Below, in pieces: positions 52,797 to 62,835 of a stretch of DNA of 64,000 nt. The position numbers and the translations under genes are program-made. Source of the stretch: a virus; IMG/VR virus record IMGVR_UViG_3300024581_002111, positions 14,309 through 78,308 of that record, one strand, 5' to 3'. Under the pieces are notes generated by a model. It was not told the origin of the DNA, searched no databases, and saw nothing but the letters and a program-made list of their open reading frames with translations. Positions within the stretch are counted from its first letter, which is position 1. Each line of letters begins with the position of its first letter.

Positions 52797-53071
52797 TGTT
52801 TGGAGTCAGTAAAGTAGGTGTATCAATGGCAGGGCCTGGTCTTTGTGTTGGACCAGGCGCTGTTACAGTTTTAGTAGAAGGAATGCCGTGTGCTCTTTTA
52901 GGAGATAAAATCCTACCGCACGGTGAACCACCTCATGCATCAGCAGTAATTGTAAGCAATGTCAGTAAAACTGTGCTGGCACAAGGCATATTCATCAGTA
53001 GAGATACCAGTTTAGCAACCTGCATGCACCCAATGAAGATGGGTGCGGCCACAGTTAAAAATTTAGCCTAA
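52796..53071 (+). CDS. PAAR (gp5.4-like) spike-tip protein
   Basis: TVLVEG.P..LLGD..LPH..PPH...TV..QG..SR....CMH. TAATG overlap. Confidence 0.8.
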   Translation: MFGVSKVGVSMAGPGLCVGPGAVTVLVEGMPCALLGDKILPHGEPPHASAVIVSNVSKTVLAQGIFISRDTSLATCMHPMKMGAATVKNLA

Positions 53072-54123
53072 TCCACAAAATAACTTTGTGTATCTCGATT
53101 TTCTAAAAATTCTTTATTAAACATTTGAGCATAATACAGCATCTTTAGTTTGTAAGTTTCATAAGGCTTAAAGTTCTGCACAGTTCTGTTATTAGCAGTC
53201 CAGTCAGGCGAAAGCATGTTAATGAACATGGAGTACTGTTCGCTGTTGGTTGTAACATGCCCTGTGGGTGTGATATGATAATCTAATAGATCAATATTAA
53301 ATTGTTGATCTAAAGTTTCGTATTCATGTAATCTAGAAACCATTGGTCGTTCTAGTACACTTCTGCCTTCTATGCGTTTGATGTATGTACGGAGACTTTT
53401 ATAGTTTTCTAATCGGCGTGTTAACGGCACAGGCTCTAAGTTGCTGTATTCTTCTTTGAGGTCATGGAATTGATTAATTTCATTGATGCTACCATAGTTA
53501 ATATCCAGCATGTCAGTTTCTAGGTCGTGCGGGATAACATCATATAACCAGTTGCCGTGCTGATCGATAATACAGGAACCTTCTACATCATTTTTGATAC
53601 CCGGAGTAAACTTTATTTTGATATTGCGTTTTTTGCAAAAGCGCAGTATATTAGGAACTTGGTGTTTGTTGTGCTCGTAAACAAAAAACTCCACCATTGC
53701 ATTGCTTTTGATATCGTTTAACAATCCAGCAACGTCTCCCCATTTAACCCCTTGAAATATCTTACCGCACATATCTCTATAACCATCTAAGTAAACATGC
53801 AACATACTTTTATGTGTCTTTATCATGTTTGCTAAACGTAAATCGATCATACCATAAGTTGTAACAGTGAGGCCACTGCCCACCAATTTAGATATGCGTG
53901 TTACATCAGGCCACAGTGCGGCATCACCGTACGCACTTTTAAGATATATGGGTCTATCGAATAGGAAAAAGCCTTCACTGATGCTGTCTAGTGCATGTAA
54001 TACTTTTTCTAATGGAATGTCTACTTCAGGATATGTTCGCTTGCCCCAGCGATGCATAATCCACTGACCTTGTGCACTCAGTGGATTGTATATGTTATTT
54101 CTTGTGGTAGGATCAATTATCAC
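53068..54123 (-). CDS. Degenerate radical-SAM-like protein
   Basis: YGDA..WP, LDG, GVKW, FFVYEHNKHQV resemble the phage radical-SAM core, but there is no CxxxCxxC. Confidence 0.4.
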   Translation of the reverse strand: MIIDPTTRNNIYNPLSAQGQWIMHRWGKRTYPEVDIPLEKVLHALDSISEGFFLFDRPIYLKSAYGDAALWPDVTRISKLVGSGLTVTTYGMIDLRLANMIKTHKSMLHVYLDGYRDMCGKIFQGVKWGDVAGLLNDIKSNAMVEFFVYEHNKHQVPNILRFCKKRNIKIKFTPGIKNDVEGSCIIDQHGNWLYDVIPHDLETDMLDINYGSINEINQFHDLKEEYSNLEPVPLTRRLENYKSLRTYIKRIEGRSVLERPMVSRLHEYETLDQQFNIDLLDYHITPTGHVTTNSEQYSMFINMLSPDWTANNRTVQNFKPYETYKLKMLYYAQMFNKEFLENRDTQSYFVD

Positions 54124-54434
54124 TCTGCTTCTTCGTCAACGATGGTTGGAGGTAATCTATCCTTTAGTATACCAGTGTAATCGCTGGCGCTCTCAGGAAG
54201 TGTTTTAGTGACAAACAGCAGGCTGTCCATCCTCACTGTGATCATCTCGGCTTTCGCTGAAAAGCAGACAGGTCCAATAATAACATCAGGACCGTTAATT
54301 AAAACTGCCATCGGCTCTTTGAGTGTGAGCATTTTGTTATCACTGTCAACAGATGCCAATGTGGCAATTAATTCATCGCCGGTGATTGTTTTGATTGTAA
54401 CAATCTTGCCAGCTAATTCTTCTATGTCGTACAT
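54120..54434 (-). CDS. Phage Sm-like fold protein (paralog 2)
   Basis: IVTIKTITGDELIA...LKEP...SDY. Confidence 0.55.
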   Translation of the reverse strand: MYDIEELAGKIVTIKTITGDELIATLASVDSDNKMLTLKEPMAVLINGPDVIIGPVCFSAKAEMITVRMDSLLFVTKTLPESASDYTGILKDRLPPTIVDEEAE

Positions 54435-54712
54435 CAAATAGTTCCTAGTGTGCTGGTGTCTACTGTGTTTTTCTCAACTAAGATTTTTAAATCTTCCGGA
54501 CCAATTGCTTTCATACCTGTGTATCCGCCTTCTAAGCATTCGCCATTGATATACACCTGGGGCATTGTTCTATGCCCTTCGCTGATAATAAATTCGTATG
54601 CGTCAGAATCATTCTCGATGTTGACTTCCTCAAACGGTATGTCGTATGTTTTACACATGGTTTTTGCTTGAATGCAATAACTGCAATTATTCTTTGAATA
54701 AATCTTTAACAT
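54434..54712 (-). CDS. Glutaredoxin
   Basis: CSYC, TMPQVY, GGYT, adjacent to nrdB. Confidence 0.9.
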   Translation of the reverse strand: MLKIYSKNNCSYCIQAKTMCKTYDIPFEEVNIENDSDAYEFIISEGHRTMPQVYINGECLEGGYTGMKAIGPEDLKILVEKNTVDTSTLGTI

Positions 54713-54713
54713 A

Positions 54714-55796
54714 TTATAAACTAAGTCCTTTAAATGTGTCTTCTGTTACGTCTTGTTTGGTTCCGCCAATAACATAAGACGATATTTCTGTTTCCTGTGG
54801 AGCAACCTGTACTTCGCTACCCCTAATCCATTTTTCTGTCCAAGGTAAAGGATTGCTTGCACTCACGCTGTATGGTGCAGTTAGTCCTACTGCTCGCATA
54901 CGCTTGGCACCGATCCACATCACATACTGCTTGAGTAGATCGCTGTTCAATCCAATCATTGAACCATCTTTGAACAAATAATCAGCCCAGGCTTTCTCTT
55001 GCTCAATTGCGCTCATAAACAACTCTATACTCTGGTTCTCACACTCTTCTTTAATCTTAGCAAAGTCTGTATCGTCCTGTGGTAACAACTTCAACATTTG
55101 CTGTGTGCTTGCCATGTGTACATTTTCGTCTCTGGCTATAAGTTTAATTATCTTGGCATTGCCTTCCATTTTCTTTAATTCGGCAAAAGCCCAACTACAT
55201 GCAAACGACACATAGAAACGAACACCCTCTAGGATATTCACACTCATTAAACACATCCACAGTGCTTTTTTGTGTTCGTATGTACCGTGATCTTTATGCT
55301 TGGGATTGTTCATTTCAATCAGTTTGTCATAGTATTCAGTAATACTGTTACTGCAACTAACAATCTCGTTAATGTCTAACATTTCGTCAAACACTTTGCT
55401 TGGGTCAGAATACACGTTTCTGATGATGTGTGTATAACTTCTGCTGTGAATGGTTTCGCTAAATGCCCAGGTTTCAATCCAAGTTTCTAGCTCAGGTAGA
55501 CTCACAATAGGCAACAGTGCAAGGTTTGGTGAACGTCCTTGCACACTGTCTAACAGTATCTGTCTTTTTAAATTACTGCTGAAAATATGCTTTTCGTGTT
55601 CTGTGAGATCTCGGAAGTCTTTGGTGTCTCTGCTGATATCCACTTCTTCGGGACGCCAAAAGAAACCCAACTGCTTGTCAGTGAGCTTGTCAAACTGCCT
55701 ATATTTTAATGTATCATAACGCTGTACATTTACTTCTCCATCGAAGAACATCTTCGACGTGACGTGATCTCGCTTGTCAGTGTTAAAAACTGTCAT
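54714..55796 (-). CDS. nrdB: Ribonucleotide reductase class Ia beta subunit
   Basis: FFWRPEEVD, LLDSVQG, ETIHSRSY, EGVRFYVSF, RDENVH, APQETEI. Confidence 0.97.
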   Translation of the reverse strand: MTVFNTDKRDHVTSKMFFDGEVNVQRYDTLKYRQFDKLTDKQLGFFWRPEEVDISRDTKDFRDLTEHEKHIFSSNLKRQILLDSVQGRSPNLALLPIVSLPELETWIETWAFSETIHSRSYTHIIRNVYSDPSKVFDEMLDINEIVSCSNSITEYYDKLIEMNNPKHKDHGTYEHKKALWMCLMSVNILEGVRFYVSFACSWAFAELKKMEGNAKIIKLIARDENVHMASTQQMLKLLPQDDTDFAKIKEECENQSIELFMSAIEQEKAWADYLFKDGSMIGLNSDLLKQYVMWIGAKRMRAVGLTAPYSVSASNPLPWTEKWIRGSEVQVAPQETEISSYVIGGTKQDVTEDTFKGLSL

Positions 55797-55805
55797 TAAT
55801 TATCC

Positions 55806-58118
55806 TTAAATTTTGCAACTGTCACAGTCGTCGTCATCCATAACGCTTGATACTGTGTTAACTTGAATGTCTTTTTTTACTTCTTCTTTGTGGACGTCAA
55901 TTTCACCTTGTCCATCAAATGTGTTGTTGTAGTATAACTGTTTGCCACCATATTTATAAAACATGATTAAGTGTTGTAGTAGAACACTCATTGGAACTTT
56001 TTCGTCTTCAAAGTGTTCTGGATTATACGAAGTGTTCACCGATATTCCTTGGTCAATGTACTTCTGTAACACAGCACAAATTTTCAAGTAACCTTCAGGT
56101 GACTTTTGATCCCACAACAAATCATACTTGTTTTTAAGTTTAGCATATTGTGGTACTACTTGCTTGAGTACACCGTGTTTGCTTTGCTTGATGCTTACAT
56201 AACTGCGTGGTGGCTCAATGCCGTTTGTGCTGTTTGAAATCTGTGCACTTGTTTCCGCAGGCATCAGTGCCATCAATGTGCTGTTTCTAATACCTGTTTC
56301 TTTTAACTGTTTACGCAAACCTGCCCAATCCATGCGCTCTTGATGAGGCACTAATTCGTCTACATCCTTCTTGTATGTTTGGTTAGGAGTAATACCATGA
56401 CCGTACTTGGTTTCCATTAACCCAGAAATAGCACCTTTCTCTACTGCTAGGTCAGCACTGGCTTTGATCAAATAATAACTCCATGCTTCTGCCCACTCGT
56501 CGACAAGTTCCAAGTTAGGATCCTGATAGTTTGTGTCATTTTTAGCCAACCAAAACGCAAAGTTGATAATACCAATGCCCAATGGTCTGCGTTTCATTGT
56601 GGCGAGCTCTGCGGCTAACACTGGGTACTTTTGGTAGTCTAGCAGTGCGTCTAAGCCCCTTACAGCAAGTTCGCAAGGCTTTGCAAAGTCTTGTGGTGTC
56701 TTGATCTTACCCCAGTTAATTGCGCTTAGTGTACACAGTGCAATCTCACCTTCCTCATCATTTGCATGATTAAGAGGCGTAGTCGGCAAATCAATTTCGC
56801 AACACAGATTACTCATACGCACAGGCGCAACTTCTGGAATAAAAGAACCATGATCATTAGCGTGATCAACATTCATTAAATATACTCGACCTGTGTCTTT
56901 GCGTTCTTGTACAAACGCACTGAACAGCTCAACTGCTTTCATGGTCTTTTTGCGTAGGCGTGTGTTACGTTCTGCTGTTTCGTAAAGCTCTTTGAAACGG
57001 TCTTGGTCTGCGTAGAATGCATCATATAGTCCTGGCACGTCATGCGGCGAGAACAATGTGATATCTCCGCCACTGAGCAATCTCTCGTACATGAGCTTGT
57101 TAAACTGTACACCATAGTCCATATGTCGCACACGATTTTCTTCTGTGCCTTTGTTATTCTTGAGAACCAACATGTCCTCAATTTCATAATGCCAAATTGG
57201 ATAGTACAATGTAGCGGCTCCGCCTCTTACACCACCTTGGCTACAGCTCTTTACGGCACTTTGAAAAAGTTTGTAAAAAGGAATAACGCCAGTGTGTGTA
57301 GCATCTCCACTTCTGATAGGTGATCCAATAGCTCTGATTTTTCCTGCACCAATTCCGATACCTGCCTTTTGACTCACATACTTAACAATACTAGATGTGG
57401 TAGCATTAATACTGTCCAAACTATCATCGCTCTCAATAAGAACACAACTGGAGAACTGTCTTTGAGGAGTTCGTACCCCAGCCATAACAGGAGTAGGCAA
57501 ACTGATATAGTGTTGACTAACAGCATCGTAATAATCCTTTACAGTTTGTAGTCTGGTTTCTTCAGGGTATTCTGAGAACAGTGTCATTGCAATCAACATG
57601 TATGCAACCTGAGGTGTTTCAAAGATCTCACCAGTTGACCTGTTTTGTACTAGATACTTGCCACGGAACTGCTCCATTGCCGCATACGTTAGACTTTCGT
57701 CACGCACATGATCGATATATCCATTGAGTTCATTGATTTCCAGCTCAGTGTACTTTTCTACTATGTCAGCATCGTAGAAGCCCTGCTTGATATTTTTGTT
57801 AATAATAGTCTGCAGGTGAGGTGGTTCAAATGAACCATACACTGCTTTTCTCAAGTGGTAGTTGATTAGTCTTCCAGCAACAAACTGATAATTTGGTGTT
57901 TCTTCTGTGGTGAGGTCTGCCGCACTCTTGATTAATGTTTCCTGGATATCACTGCTGGTAATACCATTATAAAACTGTATGTGGCTTTTGATTTCGACTT
58001 CACTAGCACTTACACCGGATATGCCATCACACGCATGAAAGACGACTTTGTGCAGTTTATCTAAAATAAGCTCTTCTTTAGTGCCGTCTCGTTTGGTGAT
58101 TAGAATTTGTTTTGACAT
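55806..58118 (-). CDS. nrdA: Ribonucleotide reductase class Ia alpha subunit with ATP cone
   Basis: TKRDG, SLPTPVM, FSSCVL, QGGVRGG, SNLCCEI, MPAETS, terminal CDSCKI. Confidence 0.98.
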   Translation of the reverse strand: MSKQILITKRDGTKEELILDKLHKVVFHACDGISGVSASEVEIKSHIQFYNGITSSDIQETLIKSAADLTTEETPNYQFVAGRLINYHLRKAVYGSFEPPHLQTIINKNIKQGFYDADIVEKYTELEINELNGYIDHVRDESLTYAAMEQFRGKYLVQNRSTGEIFETPQVAYMLIAMTLFSEYPEETRLQTVKDYYDAVSQHYISLPTPVMAGVRTPQRQFSSCVLIESDDSLDSINATTSSIVKYVSQKAGIGIGAGKIRAIGSPIRSGDATHTGVIPFYKLFQSAVKSCSQGGVRGGAATLYYPIWHYEIEDMLVLKNNKGTEENRVRHMDYGVQFNKLMYERLLSGGDITLFSPHDVPGLYDAFYADQDRFKELYETAERNTRLRKKTMKAVELFSAFVQERKDTGRVYLMNVDHANDHGSFIPEVAPVRMSNLCCEIDLPTTPLNHANDEEGEIALCTLSAINWGKIKTPQDFAKPCELAVRGLDALLDYQKYPVLAAELATMKRRPLGIGIINFAFWLAKNDTNYQDPNLELVDEWAEAWSYYLIKASADLAVEKGAISGLMETKYGHGITPNQTYKKDVDELVPHQERMDWAGLRKQLKETGIRNSTLMALMPAETSAQISNSTNGIEPPRSYVSIKQSKHGVLKQVVPQYAKLKNKYDLLWDQKSPEGYLKICAVLQKYIDQGISVNTSYNPEHFEDEKVPMSVLLQHLIMFYKYGGKQLYYNNTFDGQGEIDVHKEEVKKDIQVNTVSSVMDDDDCDSCKI

Positions 58119-58152
58119 GTAGATTTATCCTGTGTGTTTGTCCGTCCAAAGT

Positions 58153-58181
58153 ATTGTACGCTCTAGTATTTAGTTTGTCAA
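58153..58181 (-). promoter_or_regulatory. sigma70-type promoter for nrdAB
   Basis: TTGACA-N17-TACAAT with CTAAATA in the spacer. Confidence 0.65.
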
Positions 58182-58621
58182 CCAAAAAGTTTATCTGGTG
58201 TTATTATGGCTGTAGAGAATTGTACACTGTTTTGTTTGACAAACTCTTCAGATACAATCTCGCCCGGTAGGAAGTTGTAACACTTGTGATCATGCACAAG
58301 AACTGCTCCGTCACAACCAGTTATGTTATTACTTACCATTGAAAATTGCAATTCACTAGAGTTTATGAATCCTAAATTGTGAAGGGTAGCAGTCAATACC
58401 AGTGTTAAACCAGTTTGACAAAAGTATCCGTTAGACACAATATCAAACACACTGGGCCAGTCGCGTGGTGTGTAGTAATCTATATAGCGACTTTGAATTT
58501 TTACGTCAGCAAATGCTTGAACAACATCTAGTTCTGTGGTGTGTTGATCTACGCTGTGACGAAATTTCCGCCAGGCCTGTAGTCTCTCGTTAGAGCTCTG
58601 AGTAGGTGTAAACATCGGCAA
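58178..58621 (-). CDS. Conserved hypothetical protein of the structural core
   Basis: ERLQAWRKFR...DWPSVFDIV..GYFC..G..L. Confidence 0.65.
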   Translation of the reverse strand: MPMFTPTQSSNERLQAWRKFRHSVDQHTTELDVVQAFADVKIQSRYIDYYTPRDWPSVFDIVSNGYFCQTGLTLVLTATLHNLGFINSSELQFSMVSNNITGCDGAVLVHDHKCYNFLPGEIVSEEFVKQNSVQFSTAIITPDKLFG

Positions 58622-58623
58622 AC

Positions 58624-61600
58624 TTATTCAGCTGACCAGCGTTCGGTCACATATTTTACACGCAGATTAACATTGAGGTTATGCGTGGTGTATGTGTTGG
58701 TTCCGCTAATATTTTGGACAAGTTGGTCGTCTACTAATCGTATCTCAATCATGCCAGCAGGGCTAAGTACTGCTTTGAACTTGGGTTCTACTACTGGGTC
58801 ACCGTGCGACACTTCGTGTATGCTGGTAAAGTTATCTGCAAACAACACAGAATTGGTTTGGTCTGTAAAATCAGGATTTGATGATATCATCCATGTTCCT
58901 GTACGCAAATACTTGGAGCCTGTGCCTGTGGTGTGTTGCATGCTGTAAGTTGCTTTAAACACATTATATTGGCCTGTGGGGTCAAACTCTGCTAGCACAC
59001 GATTACCTCTATCACTTTGAGAAATTACAAACTCGTCCATTGTGACGTATGTTGTAATCTTGTTACCAAATGATGCTAATTCTCTGGTTGATAATTCAAT
59101 GTTGTTTTTGAGATTAACTAATCCTCTAGAGCCTCGCTCTGAATCTAGTAATTTATCGTATAAACTGTTACCATACACATTGTTCACAATGCTGTTAAAT
59201 ATGCCGGCTTCTTCTCTGCTGGCAAACAGAATTTCGTCAAACGTGTTATCGATAGTTAAGCTGTATGGATCTGAGAACTGATTACTTTGTACTGCTAAGT
59301 TAGCATACAGAGGACCCATGGGATAAGCATTAGATATCAAGTTTACCTGTCGATTATTAACCAATCCATTTAACCATTGCTCAAACTTTGCTTTCACAGT
59401 GTTGTTTTGTCTATCATAAAAACCAGGAGTTAGTCCCAGTCTATTCAACGTGGGTGTTGTTTTATCTTCAAACAATGTGAATTCTAATCCGCCGACACCA
59501 ACACTGCTGTAAGCAGGACGTTGTGATACATAGAGTGCATTTTTATTACCGTCGTTCTGTGGTATCCATTCTAACTTGGGGAATATCTGTTCTTGAACTA
59601 ATGTGCCGTTAATCTCAACCAAGTTTCTATTCACTGTAGCAAGTACTTCGTTAAAATGTGTTGCACTGCTGAGATCTATGTTTAAAACAGGCACAACTTC
59701 AAATGCACCAGCAGGATATTGATCAAGCGCAGTAGGAGCAATACCTGTATCTCCGGCAGCCACTAGACCACCAGTTCCTTGTTCTGCCATCAATAAATCA
59801 CCCGATGACATGTTACCTGGTCTGTTGATTACAAAGAATGTATCTGGCGTTATGTACGCTGACCCGGTGTTGATGTCATAATCGTTAGTGGGGAACACAC
59901 TACCTGTGCTGATCTGCACATTTGTAGTGCCGCCGCTTTTGATGCCGTGGTCTTCAGAAAAAATTTGCAAGGTTGTGTTGATTGCACCACTGTTGTTGCC
60001 GTGGTTCACAAACTTGATGCCGCTGTTTGTGATTGCGCCATTGACTGCTGTGATGTTTGCGTTTCCTGACAACAAGTAATCGGTACCCTCGTCGCCCACA
60101 CGCACATCGAAATAACCTTTACCTGATTCTATAACTTTTAGTATTCTATCGTCCATGGCAGCCGCATTAGTATCGGCACCTGACGTAGCATCGCCGAATC
60201 GTATCCAGTCCCCAACTTTTATTTGATCAGATGTAATGCTTGGAGTGGTTACTCTCAGTTCTGTGACCGTTGGATTGTTGTTTTGATACTTGTTGCCCTG
60301 TATGCCTGGTTTCAGTGCTACGTTTGCTCCTCTGCCTAATACAAACGGCAACATTGGCATGGATAGTGTTATGGTAGATCCACTTACACCTCCTACGGGG
60401 AATAAACTTCTATGGAAATATTCATCTTCATACAGTGACGAGCCCACTAATAAAACATGGTCGTATTTGTAATCGCCTGCTGTGAGAGCTGTAACAAACC
60501 GCTCAGGGTCACCAGACATTTCCACAGTGTATGTTTCGCCGTTGCTGATAGTGGATACGTTAGTTGTTGCATATCTCTCATCGTCTCTGGCAATATACAA
60601 GTTACCCAATGGGTTATTAACACTGTCAATTGTGGTGGTTGCTACATTTGCACCATCTGCTGTGGCGGCAATATGTATTAAATCCATACCAATAAAACCA
60701 AACCCTGTTCCTCTACTGAGTCGAATGTTTTCTGTTTTGAATCTTTTATATTCAGGTAATACACCATTTGTTGCCGGCCATAGTTCGTCATTTTGATAAA
60801 AACTTGGATGCTGTACATAAGCAGAAACGTTGCCCTTCATAGTACCGGACTGTATGCCGTTTATTGCCGCAATAACATTTGCATTACTGTAGTATGTCAT
60901 TGTAACTTCGTCACGCACACTCGGAGCACTTCTGAAGTTAATCACATGAGATCCTAATGCATTTGTGTTTGATGCATCAATTGCAAAGTCTGTGGATGAT
61001 GACGGACCAATACGTGTGGCATCTGTTTCTGGATTGATTTGTACGCCCGTCTTGTACACTGTTACATCAGTGGACTTAAATGTCTGGCCAGTAAATATGT
61101 TTTTGATTCCGTTAGGAATAAACGAAACTGAAGTGCCTGATGGTATACTAGTTAAACTTCTATCAATGGTCACATTGTAGTCAGTGCCATTTGAGTTCTT
61201 GACCACATTAGTTACACGTGGTCTATCGGTGAACCCGTCAATAGTGACTTCGTCTGTGACACGAATATTACCGAGACTGTCTTGTCCGGCTACCTGGCTT
61301 ACTACCATGGTCAACGAACCGGCGCTTTTTGTTGAGGCCAGTGTAGACGAAACTGTGTTAGTGACAGCAGGAGAGAACACAGTATAGTCGCTGGAAATTG
61401 GCACAGACTGAGATATGCCTGAACTGATTATGCTTCTAGCATCAGTTGGATGTAATGTTTGTTGGCTAGATACACCATCGAATTGACCTTGTACTATTTT
61501 AAAAGTAGGGACACTGAATGCAACAACATTGTTATTAGCAATACTGCGAACATGTTCTTTTGCACTAAGTGTATTTTCGTAGTAACTAATGCTGTGATAA

Positions 61601-61758
61601 TCAGCCGCGGTAGGATTATTTGGATCTCCACCAATGTATAGTTGTCTACTGTCCGTTGCTAAACCTAGTTCACCAGGTCTCAACGGCTGAGGTAAATCTT
61701 GTTTTAAACCTCTGCGATGTTGTATTCTAGATACGATTGTATTGTCATTTTCTGCCAC
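58624..61758 (-). CDS. Large tail/baseplate-associated protein with an Mtd-N-like N-terminus
   Basis: SRIQHRRG...LRPGELGLATDSRQLYIG, beta-rich body. Confidence 0.75.
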   Translation of the reverse strand: MAENDNTIVSRIQHRRGLKQDLPQPLRPGELGLATDSRQLYIGGDPNNPTAADYHSISYYENTLSAKEHVRSIANNNVVAFSVPTFKIVQGQFDGVSSQQTLHPTDARSIISSGISQSVPISSDYTVFSPAVTNTVSSTLASTKSAGSLTMVVSQVAGQDSLGNIRVTDEVTIDGFTDRPRVTNVVKNSNGTDYNVTIDRSLTSIPSGTSVSFIPNGIKNIFTGQTFKSTDVTVYKTGVQINPETDATRIGPSSSTDFAIDASNTNALGSHVINFRSAPSVRDEVTMTYYSNANVIAAINGIQSGTMKGNVSAYVQHPSFYQNDELWPATNGVLPEYKRFKTENIRLSRGTGFGFIGMDLIHIAATADGANVATTTIDSVNNPLGNLYIARDDERYATTNVSTISNGETYTVEMSGDPERFVTALTAGDYKYDHVLLVGSSLYEDEYFHRSLFPVGGVSGSTITLSMPMLPFVLGRGANVALKPGIQGNKYQNNNPTVTELRVTTPSITSDQIKVGDWIRFGDATSGADTNAAAMDDRILKVIESGKGYFDVRVGDEGTDYLLSGNANITAVNGAITNSGIKFVNHGNNSGAINTTLQIFSEDHGIKSGGTTNVQISTGSVFPTNDYDINTGSAYITPDTFFVINRPGNMSSGDLLMAEQGTGGLVAAGDTGIAPTALDQYPAGAFEVVPVLNIDLSSATHFNEVLATVNRNLVEINGTLVQEQIFPKLEWIPQNDGNKNALYVSQRPAYSSVGVGGLEFTLFEDKTTPTLNRLGLTPGFYDRQNNTVKAKFEQWLNGLVNNRQVNLISNAYPMGPLYANLAVQSNQFSDPYSLTIDNTFDEILFASREEAGIFNSIVNNVYGNSLYDKLLDSERGSRGLVNLKNNIELSTRELASFGNKITTYVTMDEFVISQSDRGNRVLAEFDPTGQYNVFKATYSMQHTTGTGSKYLRTGTWMISSNPDFTDQTNSVLFADNFTSIHEVSHGDPVVEPKFKAVLSPAGMIEIRLVDDQLVQNISGTNTYTTHNLNVNLRVKYVTERWSAE

Positions 61759-61790
61759 TGTTAAGTCTCCTGAACTTAACAGTATTTATC
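61757..61790 (-). promoter_or_regulatory. Late promoter overlapping a 10-bp RBS/start-occluding hairpin
   Basis: GATAAATA at 61783-90. Minus strand ACUGUUAAGU-UCAGGAG-ACUUAACAGU covers the GUG start. Confidence 0.7.
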
Positions 61791-61801
61791 ACATTTAGCA
61801 A

Positions 61802-62473
61802 CTAAACTTTATTGTAATAATCTGCTAAACGATCAGCCCACTTATGACAATAAAAATCAAACTCGTCGCCTTCGATCACAAAGTCAGCATATTCCCCTTC
61901 TCTGTCTACCATTAATATTGCAACTTGTTTGATGTCAGATCCAAACATTTCGTTGTGTGCTAGTGCGTATGCACAGCCTTGTAAAAAGTAATCTTCGATC
62001 CACTCACGCTTCTTGATCTTTTTAGCAGTCTTGAAGTCAATGATGCTGGGTACTCCATTGAACATGCCAATAGCATCAGATGTGCCGGCATACAAACCTT
62101 CAGCAATCAGTCCGACTTCTACTCCCCAAATTTCGTCTACTTGGCTGAGACCATCGGTAACCATTCTGTCTACCATGCGCTTTGCCATGATGCTGACTAA
62201 ATTATTTCCTTTTACTTGCCACTCTTCGCCGAGCACAAATTTTTCTAAACTGTTGTGTACCTTAGTTCCTAACCCAGCACTCTCTGTTGATATGCGCTGT
62301 GCTTCTGCTTCGCCTACACGTTTGCGCCAAGCGATAAGTGCAGTCTTATCGCCTGTTTTATCAAGTACTGTGGTTACACTAGGCACAGGGTTATCGTCTA
62401 AGCCAACATATTGTCTGCCGGCATCAGTTTGTACTCTGCGTAATTTTGGATAATCGTATTTTTGAATTAGCAT
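61802..62473 (-). CDS. PD-(D/E)xK exonuclease
   Basis: PSVTTVL, GTKVH, EVGL, YAGTSD, IIDFKT, YFLQGCAYA. Start re-assigned to MLIQKY. Confidence 0.85.
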   Translation of the reverse strand: MLIQKYDYPKLRRVQTDAGRQYVGLDDNPVPSVTTVLDKTGDKTALIAWRKRVGEAEAQRISTESAGLGTKVHNSLEKFVLGEEWQVKGNNLVSIMAKRMVDRMVTDGLSQVDEIWGVEVGLIAEGLYAGTSDAIGMFNGVPSIIDFKTAKKIKKREWIEDYFLQGCAYALAHNEMFGSDIKQVAILMVDREGEYADFVIEGDEFDFYCHKWADRLADYYNKV

Positions 62474-62479
62474 CAAAAC

Positions 62480-62507
62480 ATTATACATTAATTATGTACA
62501 ATGTCAA
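62480..62507 (-). promoter_or_regulatory. sigma70-type promoter, 6 nt before ATG 62473
   Basis: TTGACA-N16-TATAAT. Confidence 0.75.
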
Positions 62508-62514
62508 GTGTTTT

Positions 62515-62835
62515 TTACCAAGCAATATTCCACACAAGTGTGTCTGTGGTTGTTGGGTTTTGTGTTATTTTGACAGCATAGCCCAAGTCTTTAAAGTACT
62601 TGAATACATAATTAACTTGATCTGCTTTTGTACGATCTGAGGTAATGTCGAAGTATGCATTATAAAATGCATTGCTGTTTGTCATTGTGGTGCCTGTACT
62701 GACGTTTGCATACAATACACCAGAGTCAACGTTTGCTAACACTGCACTTTCTATTGCACGAACTTCGCCGTGAATTACCACGTTGTTTCTAGTATCTTTT
62801 CTAGCGGTTGCCGCATTAACAAATACACTTGCCAT
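62515..62835 (-). CDS. Conserved structural-core hypothetical protein
   Basis: F.NA..AR...IH.EVRAIE...FKDLGY...W.IAW. Confidence 0.65.
   Translation of the reverse strand: MASVFVNAATARKDTRNNVVIHGEVRAIESAVLANVDSGVLYANVSTGTTMTNSNAFYNAYFDITSDRTKADQVNYVFKYFKDLGYAVKITQNPTTTDTLVWNIAW

Noticed and set aside
54714-58118. Intein, intron or homing endonuclease in nrdA/nrdB
   Set aside because: Both have normal class Ia lengths (770 and 360 aa) with contiguous motifs.
61802-62473. Cas4 or a CRISPR-associated locus
   Set aside because: The nuclease lacks the four-Cys Fe-S pattern, and no repeat-spacer array or other cas gene is visible in the window.
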